Assembly (NCBI GenBank): GCA_963813815.1
Contig: CAWFAD010000011.1
Location: forward strand, 96,001-160,000
Direction of reading: 5' to 3'
Source: an uncultured bacterium
Lineage (GTDB): Bacteria > Krumholzibacteriota > Krumholzibacteriia > Krumholzibacteriales > Krumholzibacteriaceae
Length of the DNA: 64,000 nt
In this document: positions 37,570 to 47,512 of the stretch, one piece after another
Layout of the letters: each line of letters starts with the position of its first letter
How positions within the stretch are numbered: the stretch's first letter is position 1
Translations under genes and position numbers: made by a program
Notes under the pieces: model-generated
Databases searched by the model: none
Seen by the model: the letters and a program-made list of their open reading frames with translations, nothing else
Told to the model about the DNA's origin: nothing

Positions 37570-38624
37570 CGCGAGGCCTCCGTGGATCGCTCGCGGGCGA
37601 GCGTGCGCAGGTGCGGCACGAGGTGCTTGCGGAACACCCTCTGCCACGAGAAATCCCCGACCTTCGCCGCCGTTGCCGGCTGCTCGAGCCGGATGGAGGC
37701 GATGCGGTCCGAAACCTGCGAGACGTGATCGTAGTAGAGAAAGCCGTCCCCCTCGCGGAGCATCGCGGGCAGCATGCCGAAACGCGTCGCGACGACGGGG
37801 AGATTGCAGGCGCACGCCTCGATCACGGAAAGGGGAAACTCGACGGCTCCCATCGGATTGCCGACGGGGAAGAAATAGGCGTCCGCGGCCTGGTACAGCT
37901 CGTGAACGGCGTGGATGTATTCGTCGATCACGATGACCCCGGCCATGCGGAGCCGATCGGCCCACGAGGGGTCGATCTCCCCGGCCTTGATAACGGGCTG
38001 AACGTCGTTGCCCCAGTCACGGTAGCGCAGAAAGGCCTCGAGGTTGCGGCTTTCCCGGACGTGCCCGACGTGGAGGAGGATGAATCGATCGGAGGGCAGG
38101 TCGTACTTGGCGCGGAGCCGCGCTTTGGCGTCCGCCGCGACGGGTCTAAAAACGCGGTCGTCGTAGCCGGGCATGATGAAATCGGTGTCGACGCCGGCCT
38201 TCTCGAGCGCCTCCCGCACCGCGGCGACGGGGGAGAGAACGAGATCGGGCGCGGCGACGCGCGCGACGAGCCTGTGGAGGGCCCCGACGGAGCGATCCTG
38301 AAGTCCGATCACGATGACGGGCCGTTTCGCCGCGATCCGCAGGAGGGAGCCGCGGGCGAGACCGGCCGCCGTGAGGCCGGATTGCGGCACGTACACCACG
38401 ATGTCGAAGGGCTCGCGCCGGAGAAGGCGCACGAGGCGCCTCGCGAGCAGTATCTTCAGCGCGGCGACGCGGAGGGCTCGGACGTCGGAAGGGCTCTCTC
38501 CCGTCGCGTAAGCGATGGTGAGATCCCCCTCTCGCTGCAGAAAGCGCCCGAGGTGCATGAGGAAGACGAGCGTCCCCTCGTTCGGGCGAACCGATATTTC
38601 CTCGGTGACGAGCAGTATCTTCAT
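37566..38624 (-). CDS. GT4-like glycosyltransferase
   Basis: LHVGHVRESRN, YQAADAYFFP, EFPLSVIEACACNLPVV. Confidence 0.82.
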   Translation of the reverse strand: MKILLVTEEISVRPNEGTLVFLMHLGRFLQREGDLTIAYATGESPSDVRALRVAALKILLARRLVRLLRREPFDIVVYVPQSGLTAAGLARGSLLRIAAKRPVIVIGLQDRSVGALHRLVARVAAPDLVLSPVAAVREALEKAGVDTDFIMPGYDDRVFRPVAADAKARLRAKYDLPSDRFILLHVGHVRESRNLEAFLRYRDWGNDVQPVIKAGEIDPSWADRLRMAGVIVIDEYIHAVHELYQAADAYFFPVGNPMGAVEFPLSVIEACACNLPVVATRFGMLPAMLREGDGFLYYDHVSQVSDRIASIRLEQPATAAKVGDFSWQRVFRKHLVPHLRTLARERSTEASR

Positions 38625-38677
38625 ACGACGCAAGCCGTGCCGGAAAGACCCTGAAAACGCGTATCCCTAAAGAATTG

Positions 38678-38803
38678 ATTATGATACCTTTTCGGCCCGG
38701 CGACAACGAAAATCGCCGGGAGACGGCGCGGCAGGGCGGAACAGGTGGGAGAAGCGGCCCCCAGAAATATACGGTGGAATCGATTTCCTGAAAATGGTAT
38801 AAT
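38678..38803. promoter_or_regulatory. Divergent promoter region (GT4 operon / aminotransferase operon)
   Basis: Minus strand TTGTCG (38706-01), 17 nt, CATAAT (38683-78); plus strand extended -10 TGgTATAAT (38795-38803). Confidence 0.5.
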
Positions 38804-38842
38804 TGCTACACTTGGGCAAAGGGGTGATACAAGGTTGGCAAC

Positions 38843-39955
38843 ATGAGCAGCAAAATCCCGTTCATTGATCTTCAGCAAGGCACCAGAAAAATAAGGAAAG
38901 AGATCGACGAAGCGGTCACCCGCGTGATCGACAATACCGCTTTCGTCCTCGGGCCCGAGCTCGAGGGGTTCGAATCCGATTTCGCGGCCTACTGCGGCGC
39001 GGGGCACTGCGCGGGGATCAACTCCGGCACGGCGGCCCTTCATCTCGCGCTGCTTTGCTTCGGCGTCGGACGGGGGGACGAAGTCATAACGGTGCCCAAC
39101 ACCTTCATCGCGACGGCGGAGGCGATTGCCATGGCCGGAGCGAAGCCGGTGCTGGTGGACGTTCGGGAGGATACCGCTCTCATAGACGTCGAGAAGATCG
39201 AGAGCGCGATCACGCCTCGGACGAAGGCGATCATTCCCGTGCATCTTTTCGGGCAACCGTGCGATATGGACCCCATAATGGATCTCGCGAAGAAACACGG
39301 GCTTGCGGTCATCGAGGACGCCTGTCAGGCGCACGGCGCCGAATATAAGGGAATAAGGACGGGGGCGCTTGGACATGCCGCCGGATTCTCTTTTTACCCG
39401 AGCAAGAACCTCGGCGCCTGCGGCGAAGGCGGCGCCATCACCTCCCGCGACCGCGAGGTCGTAGACCGCGCGAAGGGGCTGCGGCATCACGCGCAGTTCG
39501 AGCGGAACGTTCACAGCGAGATCGGTTACAACTACCGCCTCGAATCGCTCCAGGCAGCGATTCTGCGCGTGAAGCTGCGCCATCTCAACGGGTGGAACGA
39601 CATGCGCCGGGCCGTGGCCGAGCGGTATATCGGCAACCTGCAAGGAACGAGCTACTGGCTGCCGCGGGAAGCGCCCGGCCTCCGTCACGTTTATCATCTG
39701 TTTCCGATAGTCGCCTCGCGCAAGGAGCGCGTCACGAAAGCGCTCGGCGAGGCGGGGATCGGGTGGGGAGAGCATTATCCGACGCCGGTTCACCTCCATC
39801 CCGCGTTCGCGCATCTCGGAAAAGGCAAGGGGAGCTACCCCGTTGCCGAGAAGCTCATGAGCGGCCTTGTATCACTGCCCATGTTCCCCGAGCTTCCGCT
39901 CCGGGACGTCGATCGCGTATCGGAGGTTCTCAAGGAGGTCGACCGGACTTCATAA
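38843..39955 (+). CDS. DegT/DnrJ/EryC1/StrS PLP-dependent sugar aminotransferase
   Basis: NSGTAAL, IIPVHLFGQ, IEDACQAHG, SFYPSKNLG..GEGG, GYNYRL. Confidence 0.93.
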   Translation: MSSKIPFIDLQQGTRKIRKEIDEAVTRVIDNTAFVLGPELEGFESDFAAYCGAGHCAGINSGTAALHLALLCFGVGRGDEVITVPNTFIATAEAIAMAGAKPVLVDVREDTALIDVEKIESAITPRTKAIIPVHLFGQPCDMDPIMDLAKKHGLAVIEDACQAHGAEYKGIRTGALGHAAGFSFYPSKNLGACGEGGAITSRDREVVDRAKGLRHHAQFERNVHSEIGYNYRLESLQAAILRVKLRHLNGWNDMRRAVAERYIGNLQGTSYWLPREAPGLRHVYHLFPIVASRKERVTKALGEAGIGWGEHYPTPVHLHPAFAHLGKGKGSYPVAEKLMSGLVSLPMFPELPLRDVDRVSEVLKEVDRTS

Positions 39956-40043
39956 TTTAGTTTCAAAGGAGGGGATTATCGGCTAATAGATAAGGACATA
40001 GGCAAAAGGCCACAGGGCTGAACGCACACAGAGAAGGCAAACG

Positions 40044-40763
40044 ATGGCCCTTGAAAGCGCCGAAAAGGTCCAGCAGCTGACGGGACTTGCATACGGGGAC
40101 GATCTCCGAATCCGCGAGCGCATGTGGGCTGAGAGATTCGTCAAGCGTCTCCTCGACGTCATGGCGGCGTTGATCGTCATCGTCGTGGGTCTTCCATTTT
40201 TTCTCGCCATCGCGCTGCTGATAAAGCTGACCTCAAAGGGGCCCGTGTTCTTTTCCCAGGAACGCATCGGGAAGGATGGGGAGGAGTTTACCCTTTTCAA
40301 GTTCCGAACGATGCGGCTCAACTCCGACGACGGCATTCACCGCGAATTCACCCGCTGCTTCATCGAAGGGCGCCTCGCGAACTCCGCTGTTGACGAAAAA
40401 ACCTCCGCCGTTTATAAGCTCAAAGACGACCCGCGCGTCACGGCGGTCGGCTGCTTCCTGCGCAAGACGAGCCTCGACGAGTTTCCGCAGTTCCTGAACG
40501 TGCTCCGGGGCGAGATGACGATCGTGGGACCGCGCCCGCCGCTTTCGTATGAGATCGAGCACTATCAGGACTGGCACAAGCTCCGTCTCGCCGTGAAACC
40601 GGGTCTCACGGGGCTCTGGCAGGTGAGCGGCCGAAGCTCGGTTCCCTTCAACGAGATGGTGCTCCTTGATCTCTACTACATCGAGCACTGGTCGCTTCTC
40701 CTCGATTTCAAGATCATGCTGAGAACGATCCCCGTCATGTTCTTCGGTTCCGGCGGATTCTAA
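40044..40763 (+). CDS. Second priming sugar transferase
   Basis: [60 protein letters not shown]. Confidence 0.92.
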   Translation: MALESAEKVQQLTGLAYGDDLRIRERMWAERFVKRLLDVMAALIVIVVGLPFFLAIALLIKLTSKGPVFFSQERIGKDGEEFTLFKFRTMRLNSDDGIHREFTRCFIEGRLANSAVDEKTSAVYKLKDDPRVTAVGCFLRKTSLDEFPQFLNVLRGEMTIVGPRPPLSYEIEHYQDWHKLRLAVKPGLTGLWQVSGRSSVPFNEMVLLDLYYIEHWSLLLDFKIMLRTIPVMFFGSGGF

Positions 40764-40776
40764 GAACGGAGGCAGA

Positions 40777-41814
40777 GTGGTTAAGGTAGGCGTCGTCGGC
40801 TGCGGCTACTGGGGTCCAAACCTCATCCGGAATTTTTCGAATCTCAAGTCGTCGAAGGTCGTCGCGTGCGCGGACGTGAAGGAGGACCGGCTGAACCACA
40901 TGCGCCAGCTCTATCCGACGCTTCGCACGACGACCGATTTCCGCGAGATCCTCCGCGATCCCGGGATAGACGCCGTCATCATCGCGACTCCGGTCGCGCA
41001 GCATTTTCCGGTGGCCAAGGAGGCCCTCGAAGCCGGAAAGCACGTCTTCGTCGAGAAGCCGCTCGCGCAATCGGTCGAGGAGGGAAAGGCGCTCGTCGAG
41101 CTCGCCGCCCGCATGCGTCTGACGCTCATGGTCGGGCACACCTTCGTTTTCACGGCCGCGGTCAACAAGATCAAGGATCTCATCTGGTCCGGGGAGCTCG
41201 GCGACATTTACTACATCGCGTCGTCGCGCGTGAACCTCGGCATTTTTCAGGAGGACATCAACGTGGTGTGGGATCTCGCCCCGCACGACGTTTCGATCAT
41301 GAATTACGTTCTCGACTCGCGGCCCGTTTCCGTGTCGGCGGTGGGCCGCTCGTACATTCGGCCCGGCATCGAGGACGTCGCGTTCCTGACCCTCAAGTAT
41401 CCGCAGGCCGCGCTCGCCAACATCCACGTTTCGTGGCTCGATCCGAACAAGATCCGCAGCACCACGGTCGTCGGCAGCAAGAAGATGCTCGTCTACGACG
41501 ACATCTCGAGCCTCGAGAAGATACGGATCTACGACAAGGGCGTCACCGTGACGCCGCACTACGACACCTTCGGCGAGTTCCACCTCTCGTATCGCTACGG
41601 GGATATCATGATCCCGCGCCTCGACGACGCCGAGCCGCTCAAGCTCGAATGCCAGCATTTCGTCGACGTCATCGAGAAGGGCGTTCCGGCGCGCAGCGAC
41701 GGCCGGCACGGTCTCGAGGTGCTGCTCGTTCTCGAGACGGCGGGCCGTTCCATGCGGGAGCAGGGCATGGAGATCGCGATCGAATACCCGGCCCAGATGG
41801 AATCGGCGCGATGA
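40777..41814 (+). CDS. Gfo/Idh/MocA NAD-dependent oxidoreductase (WbpB/WlbA-like)
   Basis: GVVGCGYWGPN, HVFVEKP, DLAPHD, EPLKLE. Confidence 0.9.
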   Translation: MVKVGVVGCGYWGPNLIRNFSNLKSSKVVACADVKEDRLNHMRQLYPTLRTTTDFREILRDPGIDAVIIATPVAQHFPVAKEALEAGKHVFVEKPLAQSVEEGKALVELAARMRLTLMVGHTFVFTAAVNKIKDLIWSGELGDIYYIASSRVNLGIFQEDINVVWDLAPHDVSIMNYVLDSRPVSVSAVGRSYIRPGIEDVAFLTLKYPQAALANIHVSWLDPNKIRSTTVVGSKKMLVYDDISSLEKIRIYDKGVTVTPHYDTFGEFHLSYRYGDIMIPRLDDAEPLKLECQHFVDVIEKGVPARSDGRHGLEVLLVLETAGRSMREQGMEIAIEYPAQMESAR

Positions 41815-42449
41815 TGGACGCATTCGCGGCGCCGCCGCTCGGCATCGTCCGGTTGGGCGAGGGGTCCGTCGTGGACGAGGGCGCCGTCCTCGGCTACCGC
41901 TCCCCCCGCCGGGGCGTGAGCGACGTTCTCTCGATCGGCGCGGGGGCGAGGATCAGGAGCGGCTGCGTGATCTACGCCGGTTCCACGATCGGGGAGCATT
42001 TCGAAACCGGGCACAACACCGTCATTCGCGAGGAGAACGAGATCGGGGACCATTTCTCGATTTGGAACAACTCGGTTATCGATTACGGCTGCCGCATCGG
42101 TTCGCGGGTCAAGCTGCACTGCAACATCTATATCGCCCAATTCACCGTCATCGAGGACGACGTTTTCTGCGCGCCCGGGGTGACGATCGCGAACGACTAT
42201 CATCCAGGGTGCCCCGATTCGCGCGACTGCATGCGCGGCCCCGTGCTGAAGAAGGGCTGCCGCATCGGAGTGGGCGCGATCATTCTTCCGTACGTCACGA
42301 TCGGCGAGGGAACTCTCGTCGGGAGCGGTTCCGTGGTCACAAAGGATCTTCCGGCCGGGGTCGTCGCCTACGGCAATCCGGCCCGGGTCCATGCATCGCT
42401 CGACGAAATGCGATGCAAGACGGGACGCCGGGAGGCCCCGTACCGCTGA
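41811..42449 (+). CDS. Hexapeptide-repeat N-acyltransferase (WbpD/WlbB-like)
   Basis: Left-handed beta-helix repeats, GSGSVVTKD, YGNPAR. Confidence 0.85.
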   Translation: MMDAFAAPPLGIVRLGEGSVVDEGAVLGYRSPRRGVSDVLSIGAGARIRSGCVIYAGSTIGEHFETGHNTVIREENEIGDHFSIWNNSVIDYGCRIGSRVKLHCNIYIAQFTVIEDDVFCAPGVTIANDYHPGCPDSRDCMRGPVLKKGCRIGVGAIILPYVTIGEGTLVGSGSVVTKDLPAGVVAYGNPARVHASLDEMRCKTGRREAPYR

Positions 42450-42460
42450 CGGTTCACGCG

Positions 42461-43606
42461 ATGGAGACGATCCGCGATCCCCGCGTAGCCTTTCTCGCTT
42501 CGACGCTGGCCACCGGCGGCGCCGAGCGAGTGGTCGAAAGCCTCGCCTGCGGGCTGCCGCGGCGGGGTATCGAAACGCGCGTGTTCTGCCTGCGACCCTC
42601 CGGAGAGATCGGAGACGCGATCGTGGCGGCGGGGGTTCGATTGACGCCGGGAATCGCCCGTTTCCGGCGCGATCCGCTCGCGGCCGCGAGGCTCGCGGCG
42701 CTTCTCAGGGGCTGGCGGCCGGACGTGCTCGTCTCCCTCGATCACCATGACGCGATTGTGGCGGGCGCCCTCGCCCGGGCGTTCGGCGGGTCGTTCCGTC
42801 TCGTGCTCATGGTGCATTCGACGGGCCTCTGGGGAAACCGCGCAACCTTCAGCTGGATCGACCGTCTCGCGCTTCCGTCGTTCGATCGCATCGTGGCGCT
42901 CGCGCGCTCCCATGAGCGCTATCTCGTGGAGCGGGAGGGAGTCGACCCGAAGCGGATCGCGATCGTCGCGAACGGCGTCGATACCGGGCGCTTCGTCCCG
43001 GCGGGCTCGCCCGCCGAGCGCATCGCGCTGCGCGGTTCTCTGGGCATCGGCGAAGGGGATTTCGCGGCGGCGATAGTAGCCGGGCTCCGGCCCGAGAAGA
43101 ACCACGCGATGTTTCTCCGGGCGGCCGCGCGGGTTCGCGGGGCCCATCCCCAGTCGACGTTTCTCATCGTCGGAGAGGGCGCGGAAGAGGGAAACCTGCG
43201 GGCGCTCGCCGCGGATCTCTTCCCCTCGGGCGGCGTGCGTTTCCTCGGGCGGCGCGAGGACGTTCCCTCGGTGCTCGCCGCCTGCGACGCCCTCGCGCTC
43301 GCATCGCACCCCGTGGTCGAGACCTTCCCCCTCGTCGTTCTCGAGGCGATGTCATGCGGGCTTCCCGTCGCCGTGACGGACGTGGGATCGGTGCGAGAGA
43401 TGCTCGTCGACGGGGAGGAGGGTTTTATCGTATCGTCGGGAGACGAGGCGGCTCTCGCCGAGAAGCTCCTCTTCCTCGCCTCGCGTCCCGATGAGGCGCG
43501 GCGCATGGGGGAGAGGGGACGCGAGCGCGTGAAACGCGATTTTACCGTGGGGGCAATGATCTCGGGGTACGAGACGCTCGTGAGGGGTCTCGCGCCGCGG
43601 GGATGA
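42461..43606 (+). CDS. GT4 family glycosyltransferase
   Basis: TGGAER, LRPEKNH, ETFPLVVLEAMSCG. Confidence 0.9.
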   Translation: METIRDPRVAFLASTLATGGAERVVESLACGLPRRGIETRVFCLRPSGEIGDAIVAAGVRLTPGIARFRRDPLAAARLAALLRGWRPDVLVSLDHHDAIVAGALARAFGGSFRLVLMVHSTGLWGNRATFSWIDRLALPSFDRIVALARSHERYLVEREGVDPKRIAIVANGVDTGRFVPAGSPAERIALRGSLGIGEGDFAAAIVAGLRPEKNHAMFLRAAARVRGAHPQSTFLIVGEGAEEGNLRALAADLFPSGGVRFLGRREDVPSVLAACDALALASHPVVETFPLVVLEAMSCGLPVAVTDVGSVREMLVDGEEGFIVSSGDEAALAEKLLFLASRPDEARRMGERGRERVKRDFTVGAMISGYETLVRGLAPRG

Positions 43607-44613
43607 GGGAGCGATACGCCATGGCTCTTCCCGTCGACGCCGTCATCGCGATCACCTACCGGTGCGATTCGCGCTGCAACATGTGCAACATCTGGCGTCT
43701 ACCCCCCGGCGAGGAGCTTTCGCCGGACGAGTACCGGCGGCTGCCGGCGACGCTTCGCGACGTGAATATATCGGGCGGGGAGCCTTTTCTCCGCGACGAC
43801 ATCGTGGAGATCGTCCGGACGGTGAACGAGCGCTGCGGCGGTCCGCGCATCGTCATCTCGACGAACGGATTTGAGCGGCGGCGGATCATGCACGCCGCGC
43901 CCGCGCTCATGAAGATCGGACGCCGCGTCGGCATCGCGGTGTCGCTCGACGGCATCGGCGAGATGCACGACGAGATACGGGGGGTCGCGGGAGGGTTCGA
44001 CCGGGTCGTCGAGACCCTGAAACAGCTCCGCACGATCGGATACCGGAACGTCCGGGTCGCGTTCACGGCCCAGCGGGCGAACGTCGAGCATCTCGGGGCC
44101 GTGTATGACCTTTCCCGGCAATTCGGATTTCAGTTCACCGCGTCCGTGGCGCAGAACTCCGAGCTCTATTTCTCCACCGACGACAATCAGAGGGTCGATC
44201 CCCTCGCGCTCGACGGGGAGCTGCGCTACGTGATGCGCAAAGAGCTTCTGAGCGCGAATCCCAAGCGGTGGCTGCGCGCCTATTTCTACGCGGGGGTGTT
44301 GCGATGGAACGCCGCCCGCGGGCGCATGCTCTCGTGCCGCGCGGGGAGCGATTCGTTTTTCATGGATCCCGCCGGAACGATCTATCCGTGTCTCACGCTC
44401 GGCCGGGCCATGGGGAATATCCGCGGGCGCGGCTTCGAGGAGATCTGGGAGAGCGCGGAAGCGGAGGCGGCGCGCGAGGCGGTGAGCCGTTGCGCGGAGC
44501 CATGCTGGATGATCTGCACGGTCCGCACGGCGATGCTGAGGCGGCCCCACGCGCCGGCCCGCTGGATACTGGCGAGCTGGCTCAGGCTCGCCGCGGGCAG
44601 GCGCGTCGACTGA
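43603..44613 (+). CDS. Radical SAM protein with C-terminal SPASM/twitch-like domain
   Basis: CDSRCNMC, SGGEP, STNG, SLDG; C-terminal CRAG..DPAGTIYPC..GNI..C..CWMIC. Confidence 0.9.
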   Translation: MRERYAMALPVDAVIAITYRCDSRCNMCNIWRLPPGEELSPDEYRRLPATLRDVNISGGEPFLRDDIVEIVRTVNERCGGPRIVISTNGFERRRIMHAAPALMKIGRRVGIAVSLDGIGEMHDEIRGVAGGFDRVVETLKQLRTIGYRNVRVAFTAQRANVEHLGAVYDLSRQFGFQFTASVAQNSELYFSTDDNQRVDPLALDGELRYVMRKELLSANPKRWLRAYFYAGVLRWNAARGRMLSCRAGSDSFFMDPAGTIYPCLTLGRAMGNIRGRGFEEIWESAEAEAAREAVSRCAEPCWMICTVRTAMLRRPHAPARWILASWLRLAAGRRVD

Positions 44614-44642
44614 CGGGGGCGCCGCGGAGGGGAGCGGGACGG

Positions 44643-45797
44643 ATGCCTCGACCGGAACGTCTCAGGATCGCGATGATCGGCTCGCGGGGAGTGCCGTGCG
44701 TCTACGGCGGCATCGAACGCCACGTCTCTGAAATCGGGCTTCGGCTCGCCGCGCGGGGCCACCAGGTGACGGTGTTCGGACGGCGGCCGTTTTGCGCGGC
44801 GGGGGAGCATCTCGGCATGCGGGTGCGCGTGCTCCCTGCGATTCCGACGAAACATCTCGAATCCGCCTCGAACGCGCTCGCGGCGACGCTGGCCGTCCTC
44901 CCCGGTTCGTACGACATCGTCCATTTCCACGGCGTCGGTCCTTCGCTCTTCTGCTGGATGACGGCGCTTCGGCGCGTGGCCACCGTCTGCACCATCCACG
45001 CGCTCGATTACCGGCAGAGCAAATGGGGATCGTTCCCCCGCGCGCTCCTGCGGCGCGGCGAGCGGACGGCCATGGAGCGAGCGGACGCCGTCGTCGCGGT
45101 CTCGCGCCTCATGGCGGACGACCTGCGTTCGAGGTACGGTCGCCCCGTGGACTACATTCCAAACGGGGCGACGTTTCGGGACCCGCCGCCCTTCGAGGAG
45201 GCGGGCCGCCTCGGCCTCGAACCGGGGCGCTTCGTTCTCGCCGTCGGGCGGTTCATCGTCGAGCGCGGGTTCCATACGCTCCTCGAGGCATGGCGGTCCG
45301 TCGAGACGGAGCACCGGCTCGTCATAGCGGGGGACGCGCACTTCGAGGAGCGCTACGCGCGCCGTCTCGCGGCGAGGGCGGACGATCGCGTCATTATGCC
45401 CGGCTACGTTTCGGGACGGCTCCTCGACGAGCTGTACGCGCACTGCGCCTGCTACGTTCTGCCCTCCCTCGTCGAGGGGCTTCCCATATCGCTCATCGAA
45501 GCCATGGCGTTCGGCCGTCCCGCCCTCGTGAGCGACATCCCGGAGAATCTGGAGGCCGCCGGGGGCGCGGCGGAGACCTTCGCCCGAGGGGACTGCGCCG
45601 CTCTCGCCCGGGGCCTCGCCCGCATGCTCGAGATGAGCGAGGATGAGCGCGGGCGGCTCGGAAAGCTCGGGCGCGAGCGCGTGGCGAGGGAATACACGTG
45701 GGATCGGGTGACGGACGAGCTCGAGGGCCTCTACGAGCGTCTCGTTGCCTCTTCCCCGCGGCGCGGCGCGGCCGCGGCGGGGCACGGAGAGGTCTAA
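44643..45797 (+). CDS. GT4 family glycosyltransferase
   Basis: IGSRGVPCVYGGIERH, VHFHGVG, EGLPISLIEAM, SDIPEN. Confidence 0.9.
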   Translation: MPRPERLRIAMIGSRGVPCVYGGIERHVSEIGLRLAARGHQVTVFGRRPFCAAGEHLGMRVRVLPAIPTKHLESASNALAATLAVLPGSYDIVHFHGVGPSLFCWMTALRRVATVCTIHALDYRQSKWGSFPRALLRRGERTAMERADAVVAVSRLMADDLRSRYGRPVDYIPNGATFRDPPPFEEAGRLGLEPGRFVLAVGRFIVERGFHTLLEAWRSVETEHRLVIAGDAHFEERYARRLAARADDRVIMPGYVSGRLLDELYAHCACYVLPSLVEGLPISLIEAMAFGRPALVSDIPENLEAAGGAAETFARGDCAALARGLARMLEMSEDERGRLGKLGRERVAREYTWDRVTDELEGLYERLVASSPRRGAAAAGHGEV

Positions 45798-45879
45798 TTC
45801 TATTGACAGCGGGGGCGCATTTTGGTACGTACGGGCGGAATCGAGCGTCCCGCCCAACGGCGCGGCGAAAGGTATTGTC

Positions 45880-46431
45880 ATGATGCGATTGCGATTCCTC
45901 GACCTCCTCGTTTATGGTGCGATTCTTGCTGCCGTTTCGCTCGCTCTGAGGTGCGCGCCGCTCCAGACGGCCGGAGGCGCGCCGCGTCCGGCGGCTGAAA
46001 CCGCCCCGACGCGGTCTCCGGCGGTTCCGAGGGACACCGCCGCCGTCGAGGCGGGGGCGTACCGGTTCGAGGACGAGCTGCCCGAAGAGACCCCGACGCG
46101 CGCGGCGCAGCTCGTCGAGCGGATCGAGCCGCTCGAGGCGGACACCTTTGCCGTGCAGGACATGGCCGTCGAGGAACCGCAGCGTCAACTCTACGTCATC
46201 GGCTATCGCGTCCAGGTGCTCGCCTCGAGCGACCGCGCGGCGGCCGAGGAGATGAAGCAGCGGGTTGTTGCGCAGGCGCGAATGAACGCATACATTGAGT
46301 ACGAGGACGGGCTGTACAAGGTGCGAGCGGGGGATTTTAACGAGCGAAAGGACGCCCTCCAGGCGAAGCTCGCGCTCGAAAAGACTTTCCCCGGCTGCTG
46401 GGTCGTGCGGACGACCATCCGCGGCGATTGA
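45880..46431 (+). CDS. SPOR-domain (peptidoglycan-binding) exported protein
   Basis: N-terminal signal/TM; GYRVQVLAS...YKVRAGDF...A. Confidence 0.8.
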   Translation: MMRLRFLDLLVYGAILAAVSLALRCAPLQTAGGAPRPAAETAPTRSPAVPRDTAAVEAGAYRFEDELPEETPTRAAQLVERIEPLEADTFAVQDMAVEEPQRQLYVIGYRVQVLASSDRAAAEEMKQRVVAQARMNAYIEYEDGLYKVRAGDFNERKDALQAKLALEKTFPGCWVVRTTIRGD

Positions 46432-46458
46432 CGATCACGAAAGGAGCCCCACAGCAAC

Positions 46459-47497
46459 ATGCCTGAGCTACGCAAGGACGTGATCACGGGACGATGGGTC
46501 ATCATCGCGACGGAACGAGGGAAGCGGCCGATCGATTTCAAGGTGGAGAAGTCGGCCCGTGCTCCACGGCGGCTTCTGCCCGTTCTGCGCCGGCAACGAG
46601 GACAAGACTCCACCCGAGATGCTCGCGGTACCGCGATCCGCGCTCGGCGCCGAACTCGCGCGGATGGAAGGTCCGCGTAGTGCCGAACAAATTTCCCGCG
46701 CTCCAGATCGAGGGCGATCTGACAGCGCCGGGGACGGGCATCTACGACGTCGTCGCGGCGTCGGCGCGCACGAGGTTCTCATCGAATCGCCGCAACACGA
46801 CACGCAGCTCGCCGATCTCCCGCGCGCGCACGTCGAGAGCATCGGTTCTGGGCGATCCAGATCCGCCGCATCGATCTCAATCGCGACTCACGCTTCAACT
46901 ACATTCTCGTGTTCAAGAATCACGGGGAGGAGGCCGGCGCTTCAGCTCGAGCATTCGCACATCCAGCTCATCGCCACGCCGATCATTCCGAAGCGCGGCG
47001 ATCGAGGAGCTCGAGGGCCCGGCGTCACTTACGAGCTCAAGGAACGCTGCATCTTCTGCGACATCATCGAGCAGGAGCTTCGACGGTCAGAAGCGCGTCA
47101 TCCTCGATGAACGGAGCTACTTCCTCGCCATCGCGCCTTTCGCGGCCCGGTTTCCCTTCGAAACGTGGGTCCTGCCCCGTCGCCACGAACCGCATTTCAT
47201 CGCGTGGGCGAAGACCAGCCCGCCTCGATCATGGCTCGCCGTCCTCAGCAGCTCGTGCTGCGCAAGCTGAACCTGGCCTTCGACCAGCCGGCCTACAACT
47301 ACGTCCTCCACACCGCGCCCATCAACACCGGTGCCGACTGGAATTTCCACTGGCATCTCGAGCTGATGCCGAAGCTGACCAAGGTCGCCGGCTTCGAGTG
47401 GGGCAGCGGCTTCTACATCAATCCGACGCCGCCCGAGGAGGCCGCTGAGGCGTTGAGAAACCACGGAGCGCATGCGGACAAGAACCCGAAAGCCTAA
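46459..47497 (+). pseudogene. galT: GalT-family (HxHxQ) uridylyl/adenylyltransferase broken by about 9 frameshifts (possibly assembly artefact)
   Basis: Successive frames give [88 protein letters not shown]. Confidence 0.85.
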
Positions 47498-47512
47498 GGA
47501 ACGCATCGACCG

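Noticed and set aside
39956..40043. Possible c-di-GMP-I riboswitch fragment (GGCAAAAGGCCACAGGGCTGAA) and an orphan AAGGAGG
   Set aside because: No GNRA-capped first stem or complete second stem could be built; too short.
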